From the NCBI GenBank assembly GCA_964016885.1, contig OZ024751.1:49600001-49664000 (forward strand): DNA of 64,000 nt, given 5' to 3'. A program made the translations under genes and the position numbers. The DNA is from Eledone cirrhosa. Its lineage: Eukaryota. Shown in pieces: positions 33,204 through 47,394 of the stretch. The number at the start of each line of letters is the position of its first letter. Position 1 is the stretch's first letter. The notes beneath the pieces are model-generated. The model had not been told where the DNA came from and ran no database searches. It saw only the letters and a list, made by a program, of their open reading frames with translations.

Positions 33204-35703
33204 ACTCTGTTGGGAATGGACACATACACAAACATTGTTCCACATACACATACGGAATGACATATACATTCATACGTGTGTGTATGTATGCATGTGTAAT
33301 TATCCTTCGTATCCATCATTGTTATTATTATCATCAGTTAGTCGCATTATTCATACTATTCTTCTTATTCTTATTTTTATTATTATTATCCTCATTATTA
33401 TTATTACTTCATCTCTACCCATCTTAGATGTATCGACTACTTTCTTGAAGTTCGTAACATTAAAACACGATTTCTCTAGTAAACTAAACTAATTTAGATA
33501 AAAGCTTTCCTTATCTAAATACATGTAGTTGTTGTTTTTGTCCTAACCATTGTTTCTATACAAACTCTTTTGATTTTATCTATATATAAATCTTATAACA
33601 TTTTTTCTAATCATTCTATTTTTTATTTTTTTATTTTTTATTTTTTTACATTTCGGTCAATTTTTCTTCATCTCCTTATAGTAATTTACCTTTTTAGTTT
33701 TAGAAATTTTAAATTGCATTTCAATTACTTTTCTGATGTAAGTTGTTTAGCATCATGTCGGCCCTGGTAGAGTAGTTTTATACTGAAAAGCAAGAAATTC
33801 TCTTTGTTACCATTTCGTCGTTTTTTTTCATGTGTTCATTGAATCCAAGGCCACCAAAGCTAATTTGCCCTTTTCTGAGACGGCAGTGAGTAACGTGCCG
33901 TATAATAATAAGGTTTAGTAAACATTTTAGGGCGTTAACTTTAAAAACAGGCCCAAAATATTATACAAAAAAAAAGTATATTACTTTCATCTGAATTAAA
34001 TTTGTCTGTTGGTGGGTTTCACGACGCAACAGATGTAACATTATCTACTTGGTTAGATAAATTATTCTCTGTTGAAGGGTGGTTGATTGGCAGAATTGGG
34101 AAAGCGTCACAGAAATCCTCTATATAACGCCAAGGTTAATTTTCCACAGATCTCAGTGGTAAAGTGCAGTGAGCACTTGATGACATTCTAGTTGCGACGT
34201 GCCACCTCTCAGTATTTGCTTGACAAAAAAAAATTGCCGGTCCCGAAGGAGATGAAATGGCGAAAGACGTGTCTGGTTAAAGGGAACTACAAATGTTCAC
34301 CCTCTGGGAAACACTGGAAATCTCGCAGCTTTAGCCACAACAGCGAATGAACCGCCTGAACATTGGAACGTGTCCCTTCCACAAAATACAAAAGAGCTGG
34401 CGCTCCAGTGCAGTCAGACGCGGACCAGGACAACGCACGGCTGTCAGGCATTATTTGTCGGAGGCGATGTACGTATTCGCCACTTCCACTCAACTGAAAA
34501 GTTAGCAACCATTTGAGACACAACCTCTCTTGGTAAAGTGTTTGTTAGTCTAAATTAGTGATTAGATTGGTCGGGTCACGAAACTGAAGTCTAGATGTTG
34601 ATGACCTGGCAAGGCGTGGTGCCCATTTTTCACATTGCTTTAGTTCACTTGGCCCTTAAAATTAAATTGTATCTGTAATTCAAAAGGCCAACCTCGCCAC
34701 ATACTTTGTCACGCTGAGTCTACCTTAGAACTACGTTGAGGGTGTACATATTTAAGGAATGCTCTGATACTTGAACGTTCAAACAACTGGAACACTCGCC
34801 CCATTATGACAGAGGTTCAACAACGATGGGTATGTATCTAGCATAGTAACTTACGAAAGCCCTCTAAGAGAGCGTGTCTATTCTTCGATTGAAAACATAA
34901 TCTGTCGTCTTGTTTAATACCTCCATCTTGCTCTTGACTACATTTAACAAATACTACTGTATATAAGACATTGGATAGAGATATTTGGTCAGAGGATGAA
35001 TTCCATATTTTTCCTGTGAATAATCTAATAACCTATTAACATTTTTTTTTATTCTTTAAATATCTAGTACTTTCTACTGTACGGTAACCATCGTCAACCA
35101 GATAAAAATTGTGAGAGGATATTTTAATCTATGTCAATATATAGTTGGCTCAACGGTCGGCTAAATCTAAAGTTCATTTACATAAAAGCGATATGTAGGT
35201 ATTTAAAAAACAATGTAAAACATTATTAAATGTTAGCATCTCCTACTTTACTTCAAATAAATTAGCTTTCTTTCAAGCAATTTCACTCAATCTCTGATCT
35301 GCTTTTAACGGTTTTGTCCACACAATTTCCTTATATTGCTTTTTTGTATATATTTATATATATATTTGTATATATATTTATATATTAAATTAGTTTTCGT
35401 TTGTTTGTTTTTTTTAATACTATTGACTATGTTATTGTTATTGTTGTTGTTGTTAACGTTATTTCTTTTTCGTTCTTCTTTTTATTGTTGATGATGCTCT
35501 ACATGATGTACTATATTTTTTAGAAGTGTTTGTTTAATTTTTTTTTTTTGTTCTCTATTGGTGTTGTTGGTTGCGTCTGTATTTAGTTTGCTTTTTCGCA
35601 GTGTTTGTAATATAACTTCTCTGCAATCTTATAATGCCAATAACCGTTTCTTTCCAGAAGCTGTTAAGTTTGTTTACAATAACACACAAACAATATATAT
35701 GTG

Positions 35704-35773
<70 letters not shown>

Positions 35774-35795
35774 TATATATACCTACACACACACA

Positions 35796-35858
<63 letters not shown>

Positions 35859-36023
35859 CAAAATAACAACAGAAAACAAGAAAAATATTCTATATAAATA
35901 ACGAAATTTATTTATTTATTCATTTATTTTAAATATTCCACAGAAATGTGGGGTAGTATAAACGAAATTAATAAAACAAAAATAAAATACAAACAAAATA
36001 TGTGATAAAATAATAAGAACGGC

Positions 36024-36087
<64 letters not shown>

Positions 36088-36350
36088 TAATAATAATAAT
36101 AATAATAAGAGCAATAACATTAACAAGGAAAATACAAAATATAAACCCACATACAAATAATAACGAATAAAGAAAGAAAGAAACAAAGAAAAGCAAGCAA
36201 CTAGAAGTGGCATTATTTGCTATGAAATCAATATCACATTAGAAAGCCAGTAAAGTGATATAGTTTGTGCTGAAGGCTCCAACAGAAATTAAATAAGGAT
36301 GAATAAAATATGAAAAAAAAACATATCTCAGGACAAATGAATTGAAAGAA

Positions 36351-36385
<35 letters not shown>

Positions 36386-38267
36386 GGTTGTCGTTGTTGC
36401 TGTTCTTGTGGTTGTTATTATTACTATTATGTGGGTTGGGCAAAATAGGAAAAAGAAAAACTTATTAGAAAATGGAAGTCTAGAATTATACAAATGTAAG
36501 AATTATTTTGCCAAGATAATATAAGTAGACGGTGAAATAAGATTTAAGGATGGATAAGGTTATGAAAGGTTCTTTTTCGTTTTATGTTTGTTTGGTTTGG
36601 TTTTTTTTCTTTTTCTTTTTTTGGGGTGGTGGTGGAGGGGGGGTTACATTGATTGAACAAGGTGGGCCTTGTTTTAAAATAGAGATATTAACTGGTCACT
36701 CGATATGTTGAAACAACAGTTAGATTTCTTTTTTTCTGAAATTACCCGATATTATCTTAAATAGGAATGGCTACACTGTAAAATATATTTATATATATAC
36801 TGTGTTTAAAAAAATGAAGGGACTCTCGTTAATAGAATTTTGTTGAAATAAAGGCCATATATTCCTTTGTAATAAATCATTTGCTCAGTCAAGGATTAGC
36901 TTTGTATTAAACAGCACCAACAACGAAACCGTCATATGTTCTATTTTCTTTCTTTCATGTAAAAACATAGTGGTATAATTCCAGATCAAACCTGATAATG
37001 CATATATATGATCAAAGAGGTTCAAACCTGGATAATCCTATATTTTGCCTCTGAGCAGGGGTGGAGATCTCCATGGTATATCATAGAATGTATTCATTTT
37101 AAAACCTCTTCCCTGCGATTTGACGAAGATTTGGCTGCATTTTCTAGCAGATCACGTTACGTTATAAATGCTCCAGAGGCTTTCTTTTGTTAGCTCATAG
37201 TTTGGAGGTCTTTGTCATAACCACTGGATTTGCTAGAAAGTTCAGTCAAGTATTCCTCAAATCACCAAGACTTGCTAATATCATGGGAAATGAAAAAAAT
37301 GCGATATTGGGTAAAATATATCGCCTATAGATACTTCTAAAAATAACATCACATCTGTCTCGCAAGACTTTAGTCATAGGAATTTGGAATAAACAATGTT
37401 AATGACAAGAACACCAGGAGCAGCACGAAATCACTGCCACGTGTACTAGGATCAGCATCAGCATCAACAAAATCCACTAGCAGTAGCCTCACCAACAGCA
37501 ACTACAACAACACTAAACACTACCGCCATTAACACTAGCAGCAATACCAACCAAATTACACAATCACCACCACCACCACTACCAACAACAACAACAACAC
37601 CATTAACACTAGGAGCAACACCAACACCAACAACAATTAAACCACCACCACCACCAACACCACCAACAACAACAACGCCATTAACACGACCAGCAACGCC
37701 AACAATTACACATCGACCACCACCACCACTGACAATAACAACATCATCACCGACAACATCAACTAAAAAACCAACATCACCACCACCACCACCACCACTA
37801 CCAAAACCACTACCACCGTCACTGACAATAACAACATCACCACAGACAACATCAACTACAAAAACAACAATATCAACACAGATTGTAGAGTAATTTATCA
37901 AACAACCAAAAGTGATTAAATGAGACACCAAATATTTTTTGTAAAATTTTTGATATATTGGATGAGAAGTAATAATGGCTGTTCTTGCCCCACAAAGTAG
38001 GAATTTCTTCTTCTCACTAACATTATAGACTTCATTATTTCTATTGATTTCTTGTGTTGATGCCGTTAATTGCCATTATTGATAGTTTTAATTTACTTTG
38101 TTGACATAATTAATTAACTACCTAACTACTGAAATACGGATCATTCTACTCAAATAACTCTCTCCTAACTCCTCTTTCTATGAGACTGTCTTTTTTTATG
38201 TCCGTCTATCTATCTTTCTACTGTCTGTCTGCCTATCTATCTATATATCTATCTATCTATATCTATA

Positions 38268-38307
<40 letters not shown>

Positions 38308-38410
38308 AATCTATCTATTTATCTATCTGTCGATCGATCGATCTATCTATCTATCTACCTACAAATCTATCTATCTATTTATCTTTGTATCTATCTACAC
38401 ACACATACAC

Positions 38411-38912
<502 letters not shown>

Positions 38913-39423
38913 CCTATCTATCTATGTATCTATCTATCTGTCTATCTACATATTTGTTTCTGTCGTCATACACACTCCTATCTCTCTTCTCCATCCAAAT
39001 AACTATCTATTCATATGTATCTCTATCTTTCGTTCGTTCACCTGTTATATTGTTCGGGATACCTTCTAACAGGTACGGGTTACCTTCAAAACAGGTACGA
39101 CAATGGTAATGGGATTTCGAATGAAACAAAATTATTTTTATTTCTTTTGGAAATACTTCTTTTATAAGAGATCTTTATCAGTAAATGTTTCCTGTCGAAG
39201 ACGGTTCCAATGGTTCCAAACTCAGTAAACCAGTAAACGGCGTCTAGCTAATCCCGAAGGTCTATCGTTAGTATGCACTCCATAAGCCATTATCCAAGCG
39301 TATCATTGTTCCGAGATAGAGAGGGGGAAATAGGAGAGCGAGAGAGAGCAACACCCTTTGTGTTTGTAACAAATAATATGGGAGATAGAATAATGCGAGG
39401 AAAGAGAGTAAGAGAAAGATGTC

Positions 39424-39551
<128 letters not shown>

Positions 39552-39999
39552 TATATATATATATTCCTGGGGTATTTTTCGAATTCGAAAATTTTGACTT
39601 CGTTTTCAGACAAAAGAAAATATCTCAATTTATTTCTCTGCTTAAAATTCAAATCATTTCTCTATGTAACAGAATAAAAGTACACTTCCACCTTCTTTCG
39701 TTTACTCGACTCCATCTTGATTATATTTACGATGGTTGTAATTTGCTGAGTGTGGCAGGAGATACGCTTAAACCATTGTAATCTTTGACATCAGATTGAA
39801 ATTTGAAAGTCAGGACAATGCATTGAAACAAAGTTATTATTAGTATTATTATACATTGTTTTCAAATACAGACATTTAAAACTGTCTCTCAGCTTTTATC
39901 TTCGATTCATATCTCCATACCTGTCTCACTTTCTCACCTGTTACCAAATATTTCTCGTGTAATCTCGTCTACCTTTCACGTGGTTGGAATTATTCTTCT

Positions 40000-40890
40000 T
40001 AATAACACAAAATAACAGCAAAATAACATCAATAACAACGGCAACAGCAATAAAAACAACAACAGCAATAATAACAGCAGCAATAACAACAGCAATAACA
40101 ACAACAACAATAACAACGACAGCAATAGAAATAACAGCAACTAATAACAACAGCAACAACATCAACAACATGTTTTTGCTTCTTTAATGCTTTTTAATTT
40201 TATTTTGTTATTACTTTAACACATTTGTTCACCATTGTTCATGTTGTTGTCATTGTTACTGTTGTTGCTGTTATTGATAATGTTAAAGTTGTTGTTGTTG
40301 TTAATGTTCTCGTCGTGATTGTTGTTGTTGTTGCTGTTGATATTTCCTTTTGTTATTATTACTGTTATATTTGTTGTTGGTGTTGTTGTTATTGTTGCTG
40401 TTGTTACTGTTCTCGCAGTTGTTATTGTTATTGTTGTTGTTGTTGTTGTTGATATGTTTCTGTTATTATTACCGTTATATTTGTTGTTGGTGGTGTTGTT
40501 ATTGTTGTTGTTGTTACTGTTCTCGCTGTTGTTGTTATTGTTGCTGTTTTTGTCGATAATGTTCTCGTTGTTGTTTTTGTTGATATTTGCCTGTGTTATT
40601 ATTACTGTTATTTTCATTGTTAGTGTTACTGTTGTTGTTGTTGTTGTTACTTTCTCGTCGTTGTTATTGTTATTATTATTGTTCTTAGCGGCAGTGTTAT
40701 TGTACTCAATGTTGCTGTTGTTGTTGTCGTTATTTCCTTTCGTTATTTTCGTCATCACCGTCATCGCCATCATCGTCATCGTCATCGTCGTCGCAGTAGT
40801 CATCGTTGCTGTTTCTGCAGTTGTTGTTGTTGTTGTTGTTGTTCTTCTTGTTGTTGTTGTTGTTGTCGGCAGTATTGTAGTTGTTATCGT
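40000..40890. repeat. Degenerate (AAC)n / (GTT)n arrays
   Basis: Directly visible; similar arrays at 12770-12900 and 37480-37880. Confidence 0.9.
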
Positions 40891-41373
40891 TTTCTTTAAT
40901 ATTTTCTAATTAGCACCACAGATGTTCATAATTAACGTCATAATTTGCAGTTATTAATTTAGCAAGATACGCTCATGTTGTTCCGCTATTGCTGCTGTTA
41001 ATGGCACTGCTGTTACTCATGCTGCAGTTTCTGACACGGTTACTTCTGCTGCTGCTGTAAATGATATAAACATTTGAATTGTGAAAGCCTCAACTGTAGG
41101 GTTTTTATAAGCCCAGATCTTTCAAACTATTTTATAGGGAAACCTCCGTCGTAGCATCTAACAATAAGCTAGCGTACTTTGCAAATTCAAATTTGCTCAA
41201 CTCTACGTAAATGCATTTTTATGCATTTATAAATATATATATATATGTATGTATGTATAAGTATATATGTATGTATACATACATATATATATTTTATAGT
41301 TGAGACAGTAAACGAAAAACAAAAAAAACAACATGGAAGCGAAGAGGCAGTACAAAATGTTAATATTAGTTTC

Positions 41374-41478
<105 letters not shown>

Positions 41479-42010
41479 AAATAATTAAGTCAAATTTGTA
41501 AAATTTGGCTTCATTTATTATAAATTATAGATATACTGCTATAAATATTTCGGTTGCACCATCATTGGCTGTGACCTCTTCAGGCAGACCGAATTGGTGT
41601 GGGAAAGACAGGTACACATGTTGTTGAAGTGTGTTCCACTCCATCAATACATCGAAATGTCCAGCTCCTGGTTGTGTTCTTATTTCTGTGAGCAACTGGA
41701 ATCAGAGAATAACAACACAACCAGGACTTGGACATATCGATGTATTGACGGAGTAAAACACACTTCAACAACATGTGTACCTGTCTTTCCCACACCAATT
41801 CGGACTGCCTGAAGAGGTCACAGCCAATGATGGCTGTCACAGAAATATATATAGCAGTATATCTATAATTTATAATAAACGAAGCCTAATTTTACATATT
41901 TGACTTAATTATTTTACATTACTCCGGAGTAAACAAACCAGCATGCGTACTTCGTCGAGTGCTCAAATCTACATACTGAGGCGTCGGTAAACAACCAACA
42001 TATACTCAAA
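41479..42010 (+). mobile_element. Fold-back insertion (family E), ~200-bp arms
   Basis: 41479-41680 is the diverged inverted copy of 41713-41916; tail 41917-42010; TA flanks. Confidence 0.85.
41804..41858 (+). ncRNA. Type I hammerhead ribozyme
   Basis: ACTGC-CTGAAGA-GGTCACAGCCA-ATGA-TGGCTGTCACA-GAAA-TATATA-TA-GCAGT. Confidence 0.8.
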
Positions 42011-42022
42011 ATATATATACAC

Positions 42023-42280
<258 letters not shown>

Positions 42281-42283
42281 TAA

Positions 42284-43263
42284 TCTATAAAGCTCAGTAT
42301 GTGGACATGCTCCTTCGTTTTAGAAATCTACGATATAGACTTTCTTCAATTGAAATTTACAATTCAGTATTCGAAACAGCTTCGATTGCGTCTTGACGCA
42401 GATAATTTTTTCAATTTCACCCACAATTACGCAAAAAATAGATAAAACTCAATATTTTACGATTTTTCTCTCTCATTTAAACTGCTGAACCCTTTCTACT
42501 ACCATTCAAAATCTATATAACTTCATACTTTCTGCTACTTTCTCTTTCAAAGCTTGATGGTGATACTGTCCGTTCACACCACTCCCTACTGTCTTAAATT
42601 TAGAAAACACATATCCTCTATGAGGTTTCTAAACCTGCTAGAAACAGCAGCTAACTCTCCCCCATATCACACCCCTCCCTACTGTCTTAAATTTAGAAAA
42701 CATATCTTCTATGAGGTCACTAAACCTGCTACAAACAGCAGCTAACTCTCCCCCATATCACACCCCTCCCTACTGTCTTAAATTTAGAAAACATATCTTC
42801 TATGAGGTCACTAAACCTGCTAGAAACAGCAGCTAACTCTCCCCCATATCACACCCTCCCTACTGTCTTAAATTTAGAAAACACATATCCTCTATGACGT
42901 CACTAAACCTGCTAGAAACAACAACTAACTCTCCCTCATATCACAACCCTCCCTACTGTCTTAAATTTAGAAAACACACAGACAACCATGCAGAACAACT
43001 CCATCGCAGCTCTGTTGTTCGGCTGGCATCGTCTACGCGCGTGTTGCGCAAGTACTGTGAAACAATAAATTTCAACACTTTTTTGCACAGAGATAATATC
43101 CATAGGCGAAACTACAATTGTCACTGCTGGCGCAGCTCATGCTTCCAGGTCTGCAATTCATTCACCCAGTGCCTGGCAGACAAAAAAGTGCTGCCATAAA
43201 ATGGGTGGTGCAACCTAACTTTGGTAACTTAATGACCCGAGCAACGCCGGGCTTTAATGCTAG
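42284..43263 (+). mobile_element. Probable non-autonomous Helitron
   Basis: 3' hairpin CCCGAGCAACGCCGGG (43236-43251) lies 8 nt before CTAG|T (43260-43264). Candidate 5' end A|TCTATAAAG at 42284 is less certain. Confidence 0.65.
42578..42980. repeat. ~91-bp tandem array, about 4.4 units
   Basis: CCCTACTGTCTTAAATTTAGAAAACA occurs five times at ~91-bp spacing. Confidence 0.95.
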
Positions 43264-43290
43264 TAAATTATAATAATTCTTCTAACTTAC

Positions 43291-43321
<31 letters not shown>

Positions 43322-43740
43322 ATAATGGAGCTGCGGCGTTGCAAATGGGTTACATATGAAAAAGTTTGTCCTTCATCAATGGCCTTCCAACCGTTGTAGG
43401 CATGTCATCGCTTTAAAGGCCATATACCTCAGGTTGGTGCGAGCAACGGCTAAAAAAGTCGTTGGGACACGTAAATAAAAGGGACGCTAGGGTAAACAAA
43501 CAAAATGGTTTAAGCAACAGAAAGTGAGAAGAAAGAGACAAGTCCCAGATTTCTATGAATATAAATTCGGTGAAATCGTGAACGAGAGAATAAAGACCAT
43601 CAAACCTGGTTGAAATGTGAGCAAGGAAGGAATTTCGCACAGGTCTAACGGGAGGAAGAAGGGGTCTGGTCTGCGAATTCGGTAAACATAAGTTCTGTGA
43701 AGTCGCAGACGAGAGAGAGAGAGAGAAAAAAAATTCATAC

Positions 43741-43788
<48 letters not shown>

Positions 43789-43906
43789 ATACTTTGGGAG
43801 GGTCATGTTGCCAATAAGAAACACACGCACCAGTTGCTTTCACTTCAATTTATTATATATTTATAAATTTATAAATCTACAAATCTACATTTAATTTTGG
43901 TTTTAA

Positions 43907-45167
43907 TTATTTTATGCTTACTGCCTCTGTAATTTGCCTAAACATTGCGTCTTTTCTGTGTGTGGATTCTATTTTTATTTCTATGCTCTCTAATCTACCC
44001 CTGTGTTCTATCTTAGCATGTTGGTAGAGCACAGATGATTCTTTATTATCTTGGAGGTCTCGCCAGTGTTCATTTATTCGTTCCCCTATACTACGAGCTG
44101 TCTCACCTATGTACACTATATTTTTGTTTCTACATTGTCCTTCAGTACATCTTATGCTATACACTACATTTCTAGTTTTACAGTTAATATGGGGGCTTAT
44201 TTTACAGGTTATACATTTCTTATCTATACATGAGGGTCTTTGGAACGGGTATGTCTTGCTAATAAGTGTTTTTACGGAGGTACCAGGTCTTTCTACTATC
44301 TTAATATTGAGATTATGTTTATTTAGGGCCCTTCTAAATTTGTAGGCTAGTTCGCCTCTAGGGGTTGTATTGATGAACATTACACTCTGGTATTTATTGC
44401 TATCATACCATGAGTTTATTCTATTGGCCTTGTTCCTAGTTCTTTCTATTCTATTCCAAAATTTGCTCCTATACAAGGGGCAGGTCCCATTTATGTCATT
44501 ATTTACCATTTTTTCCCATTTGGTTCTGGCTCCTTTATACACTCTGATTCTATCTCTCTGATTGTAGCCAGAGAACTGCATACGGTGGATGAAGTGTTGT
44601 ATGTGTCTCTCTAGTTCTTCGGGGTTGCACATGCGGGACACATTTCTCATCACCCGTACCAAATCCGCAATCAGTATGTTGATTTTGGTATGGTCCGAAA
44701 TGGCCGAGTTTCGGTGGATCAGATGTTTGGAAGTCATGGGTTTGGCATAATGGGAATGGAGGATTTGTTTTTGGTTGTTAATGGTATCTAACCAGAGCTC
44801 TGTGTCTAGTACAGGTAATCGATGGTTGGGGTGTCTACTTGGGTAGTCTATAGTAACTCTAATGCTCTGGTGGATGGAGTTTGCTATTTGCTGGATGCTT
44901 TCCATTGTGTTTTTCTCTAGTTCCTGACTGTTCTTTAGTGGGGGTGTCTTAACTACGATGTTTATATCATCTACGTAGCGGGAGTACATTATCAGGGTTA
45001 AGCTGTCTTCTAATTGTTCATTAAGTTTTTGTTTAAGTCTACTGTCCCACCATACCATGAATAAGTTAGCTATGTCGCCTGCAATGCTAACACCAATGGC
45101 TGCTCCTTCCTCTTGGGCATATGTTTTACCATTAAATTTGAACATATGTTCCTTAAGAGTTAATTTT
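43907..45167 (-). pseudogene. PLE reverse transcriptase (motif B onward) + GIY-YIG endonuclease
   Basis: QEEGAAIG, YSRYVDD, LPVLD, CxxxxCxxC linker, VYSIRC..YIGET. A GAA>TAA change truncates the last ~19 aa relative to the 45235-45552 copy. Confidence 0.93.
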
Positions 45168-45552
45168 ATGTATAGATAAGAAATGTATAACCTGTAAAAT
45201 AAGCCCCCATATTAACTGTAAAACTAGAAATGTAGTGTATAGCATAAGATGTACTGAAGGACAATGTAGAAACAAAAATATAGTGTACATAGGTGAGACA
45301 GCTCGTAGTATAGGGGAACGAATAAATGAACACTGGCGAGACCTCCAAGATAATAAAGAATCATCTGTGCTCTACCAACTTGCTAAGATAGAACACAGGG
45401 GTAGATTAGAGAGCATAGAAATAAAAATAGAATCCACACACAGAAAAGACGCAATGTTTAGGCAAATTACAGAGGCAGTAAGCATAAAAGAATTAAAACC
45501 AAAATTAAATAGAAAATATGAGTGGAACAGCAACATCACAACTTACAATTAA
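45168..45552 (+). pseudogene. PLE GIY-YIG C-terminal fragment (inverted duplicate)
   Basis: Near-identical to the reverse complement of 43890-44231; intact stop after ..EWNSNITTYN. Confidence 0.9.
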
Positions 45553-45849
45553 GGACAAAATGAAAACACACACACACATAGAACAAACAACTTACAATTG
45601 AAAACACACACAAAATGAAAACACACACAGGACAAAATGAAAACACACACACACATAGAACAAACAACCAACCAACAATAAATAAATAAATAAATAAATA
45701 AACAAATAGAAAAATAGAAAAATGAACACAAACACACACAGACACCCGGATGTGACGCATGCACAAACTGAGCACACAACACACACACAGAAACAAAATG
45801 GCGTAGGATAGAAGAAAGGAAAGGCACAGAAACGAAGAAAGGAATCCCC

Positions 45850-45894
45850 AGTCACTGAAGAGGTCACAGAATGTGTGACGAAAGGACTATGACT
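45850..45894 (+). ncRNA. Minimal type I hammerhead ribozyme ~300 nt downstream of the PLE stop codon
   Basis: AGTCA-CTGAAGA-GGTCACAGAATGTGTGAC-GAAA-GGAC-TA-TGACT, sense to the ORF. Confidence 0.82.
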
Positions 45895-46118
45895 ATATAT
45901 ATAAACAACTATCTGGTTGTGGAACCAACCAACCAACCAGAAATTTATAAATTTGTAGATTTGTAGATTTATAAATTTATAAATATATAATAAATTGAAG
46001 TGAAAGCAACTGGTGAGTGTGTTTCTTATTGGCAACATGACCCTCCCAAAGTATAACAATATCGGTTTCAACACACGATTTCAGATAAAGAATCTTGCTA
46101 AACAAATTCAGAAACGAA

Positions 46119-46151
<33 letters not shown>

Positions 46152-46212
46152 TACATACATATACTTATATATATAGTTATAAGTGTGTGTTGTGTGTGTA
46201 TATATATACATA

Positions 46213-46564
46213 TTTGTTTTGTGAAGTTTTTGATACGAAATCGTGTGTCGAAACAAATATTGTTATACTTGGGGAGGGTCATATTGTTGTAATAATATTA
46301 TAGTCTAACATATATCTGTATTATATGTTAGACTATATATATGTGTTTGTGTCTATATTATATCTGTATTATTGACCGTTAGTCAGTCAATGGTAAACAT
46401 TGAGGACCGAATAAATTAACTGATATAAAAGATACAGAAGCGAAAACCAACCAAGCTGAGTGTGTTCTGTTATTAATTCTGGCAATATTATTACAACAAT
46501 ATGACCCTCCCCAAGTATAACAATATTTGTTTCGACACATGATCTCATATCAAAAACCTCGCAA

Positions 46565-46572
<8 letters not shown>
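46213..46572. mobile_element. Family B pLTR ends in inverted arrangement with inner hairpin
   Basis: 46213-46298 inverts ~46484-46572; small hairpin TATAGTCTAACATA..TATGTTAGACTATA at 46299-46338. Confidence 0.75.
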
Positions 46573-46609
<37 letters not shown>

Positions 46610-46729
46610 GTATACTATTTATATCATCATCATCATCATCATAGTTATAAATGTGTTCTCCTCTGTACATTTACTGAGTGTCTATGTTATTACCTATATT
46701 ACAATTCTCATGAGGGTAAGTGAAAAATT

Positions 46730-46858
46730 ACTGGTATCGGTTAATTTCCTCCCTCTCCTTTTCTTGCACTCTCGTATAAAATTGGCAGGCAACATATACA
46801 ATGAGGCACGATCTTTTTTCCTTGTCCAAAACCGCCAGGTCAGGCCCATTGTGTTCTA
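46730..46858 (-). mobile_element. R4/Dong-like RLE fragment
   Basis: Diverged match to 47672-47797 (RPDLVVLDKEKRSCLIVDVACP region); abuts (TTA)n. Confidence 0.8.
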
Positions 46859-46895
46859 TTATTATTAGTATTATTATTATTATCATTATTATTAT

Positions 46896-47081
46896 TGGTG
46901 GATGGCAGTATTGGTAGAGGGTCGGACGCTATGCTTTGACGCATAGAGCTACGGATCTTGCCATTCTGAGTTCGAATCCCGCCGAGGTTAACTTTGCCTT
47001 TCATCCTTACGGGCTCGATAAAATAAAGTATCAGTAATAAAATGGGTAATTGCTGGCCTTGTGCCAAAAAGTAGAAACAAA
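46896..47081 (+). mobile_element. SINE S1 with (TTA)n tail
   Basis: Matches the S1 consensus. Confidence 0.9.
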
Positions 47082-47102
47082 TATTATTATTATTATTATT
47101 GT

Positions 47103-47353
47103 TATTGAGTATGCGCCTGTAAACTGAGGAGTGGGAAAACTGAGAGAGGGCGCTTGCCCTGGGGGTCAGGGTGGCCGTGGTCTTTTGTGTGGGTTTCGCC
47201 ACGAGTGACCCTCGGAAGCTCCCCCCTGATTGGGGAATTTTTTGTTGTTTGAATTTTAATTTATTTTACTCGTTTCAGTTTTTATAAACTGTTTCATCCT
47301 GTGCCGTCTGTAATGTTTTTCTTCATGTTAGCCCTTGTGGCCAATAAAGAAAG

Positions 47354-47355
<2 letters not shown>
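47103..47355 (+). mobile_element. 3' end of an unidentified LINE-like retroposon (..GCCCTTGTGGCCAATAAAGAAA + simple-repeat tail)
   Basis: The same terminus occurs at 57355-57455, 59222-59309 and 62846-62954, each ending in AATAAA followed by TTA- or TCTA-type sequence. Confidence 0.6.
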
Positions 47356-47387
<32 letters not shown>

Positions 47388-47394
47388 GTTATTA

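Larger units (their letters stand above)
43783..46118. mobile_element. Penelope-like element (family A) with 5' inversion
   Basis: 45168-46118 (+): Cys linker, GIY-YIG, 3'UTR, hammerhead, pLTR and tail. 43783-45167 (-): RT-EN ORF and tail-less pLTR end with ~440 bp skipped. TA flanks. Confidence 0.93.

Noticed and set aside
42578-42980. CRISPR-like regular spacing here and at 60405-60831
   Set aside because: The intervening sequences repeat too, so there are no unique spacers; eukaryotic context with no cas genes.
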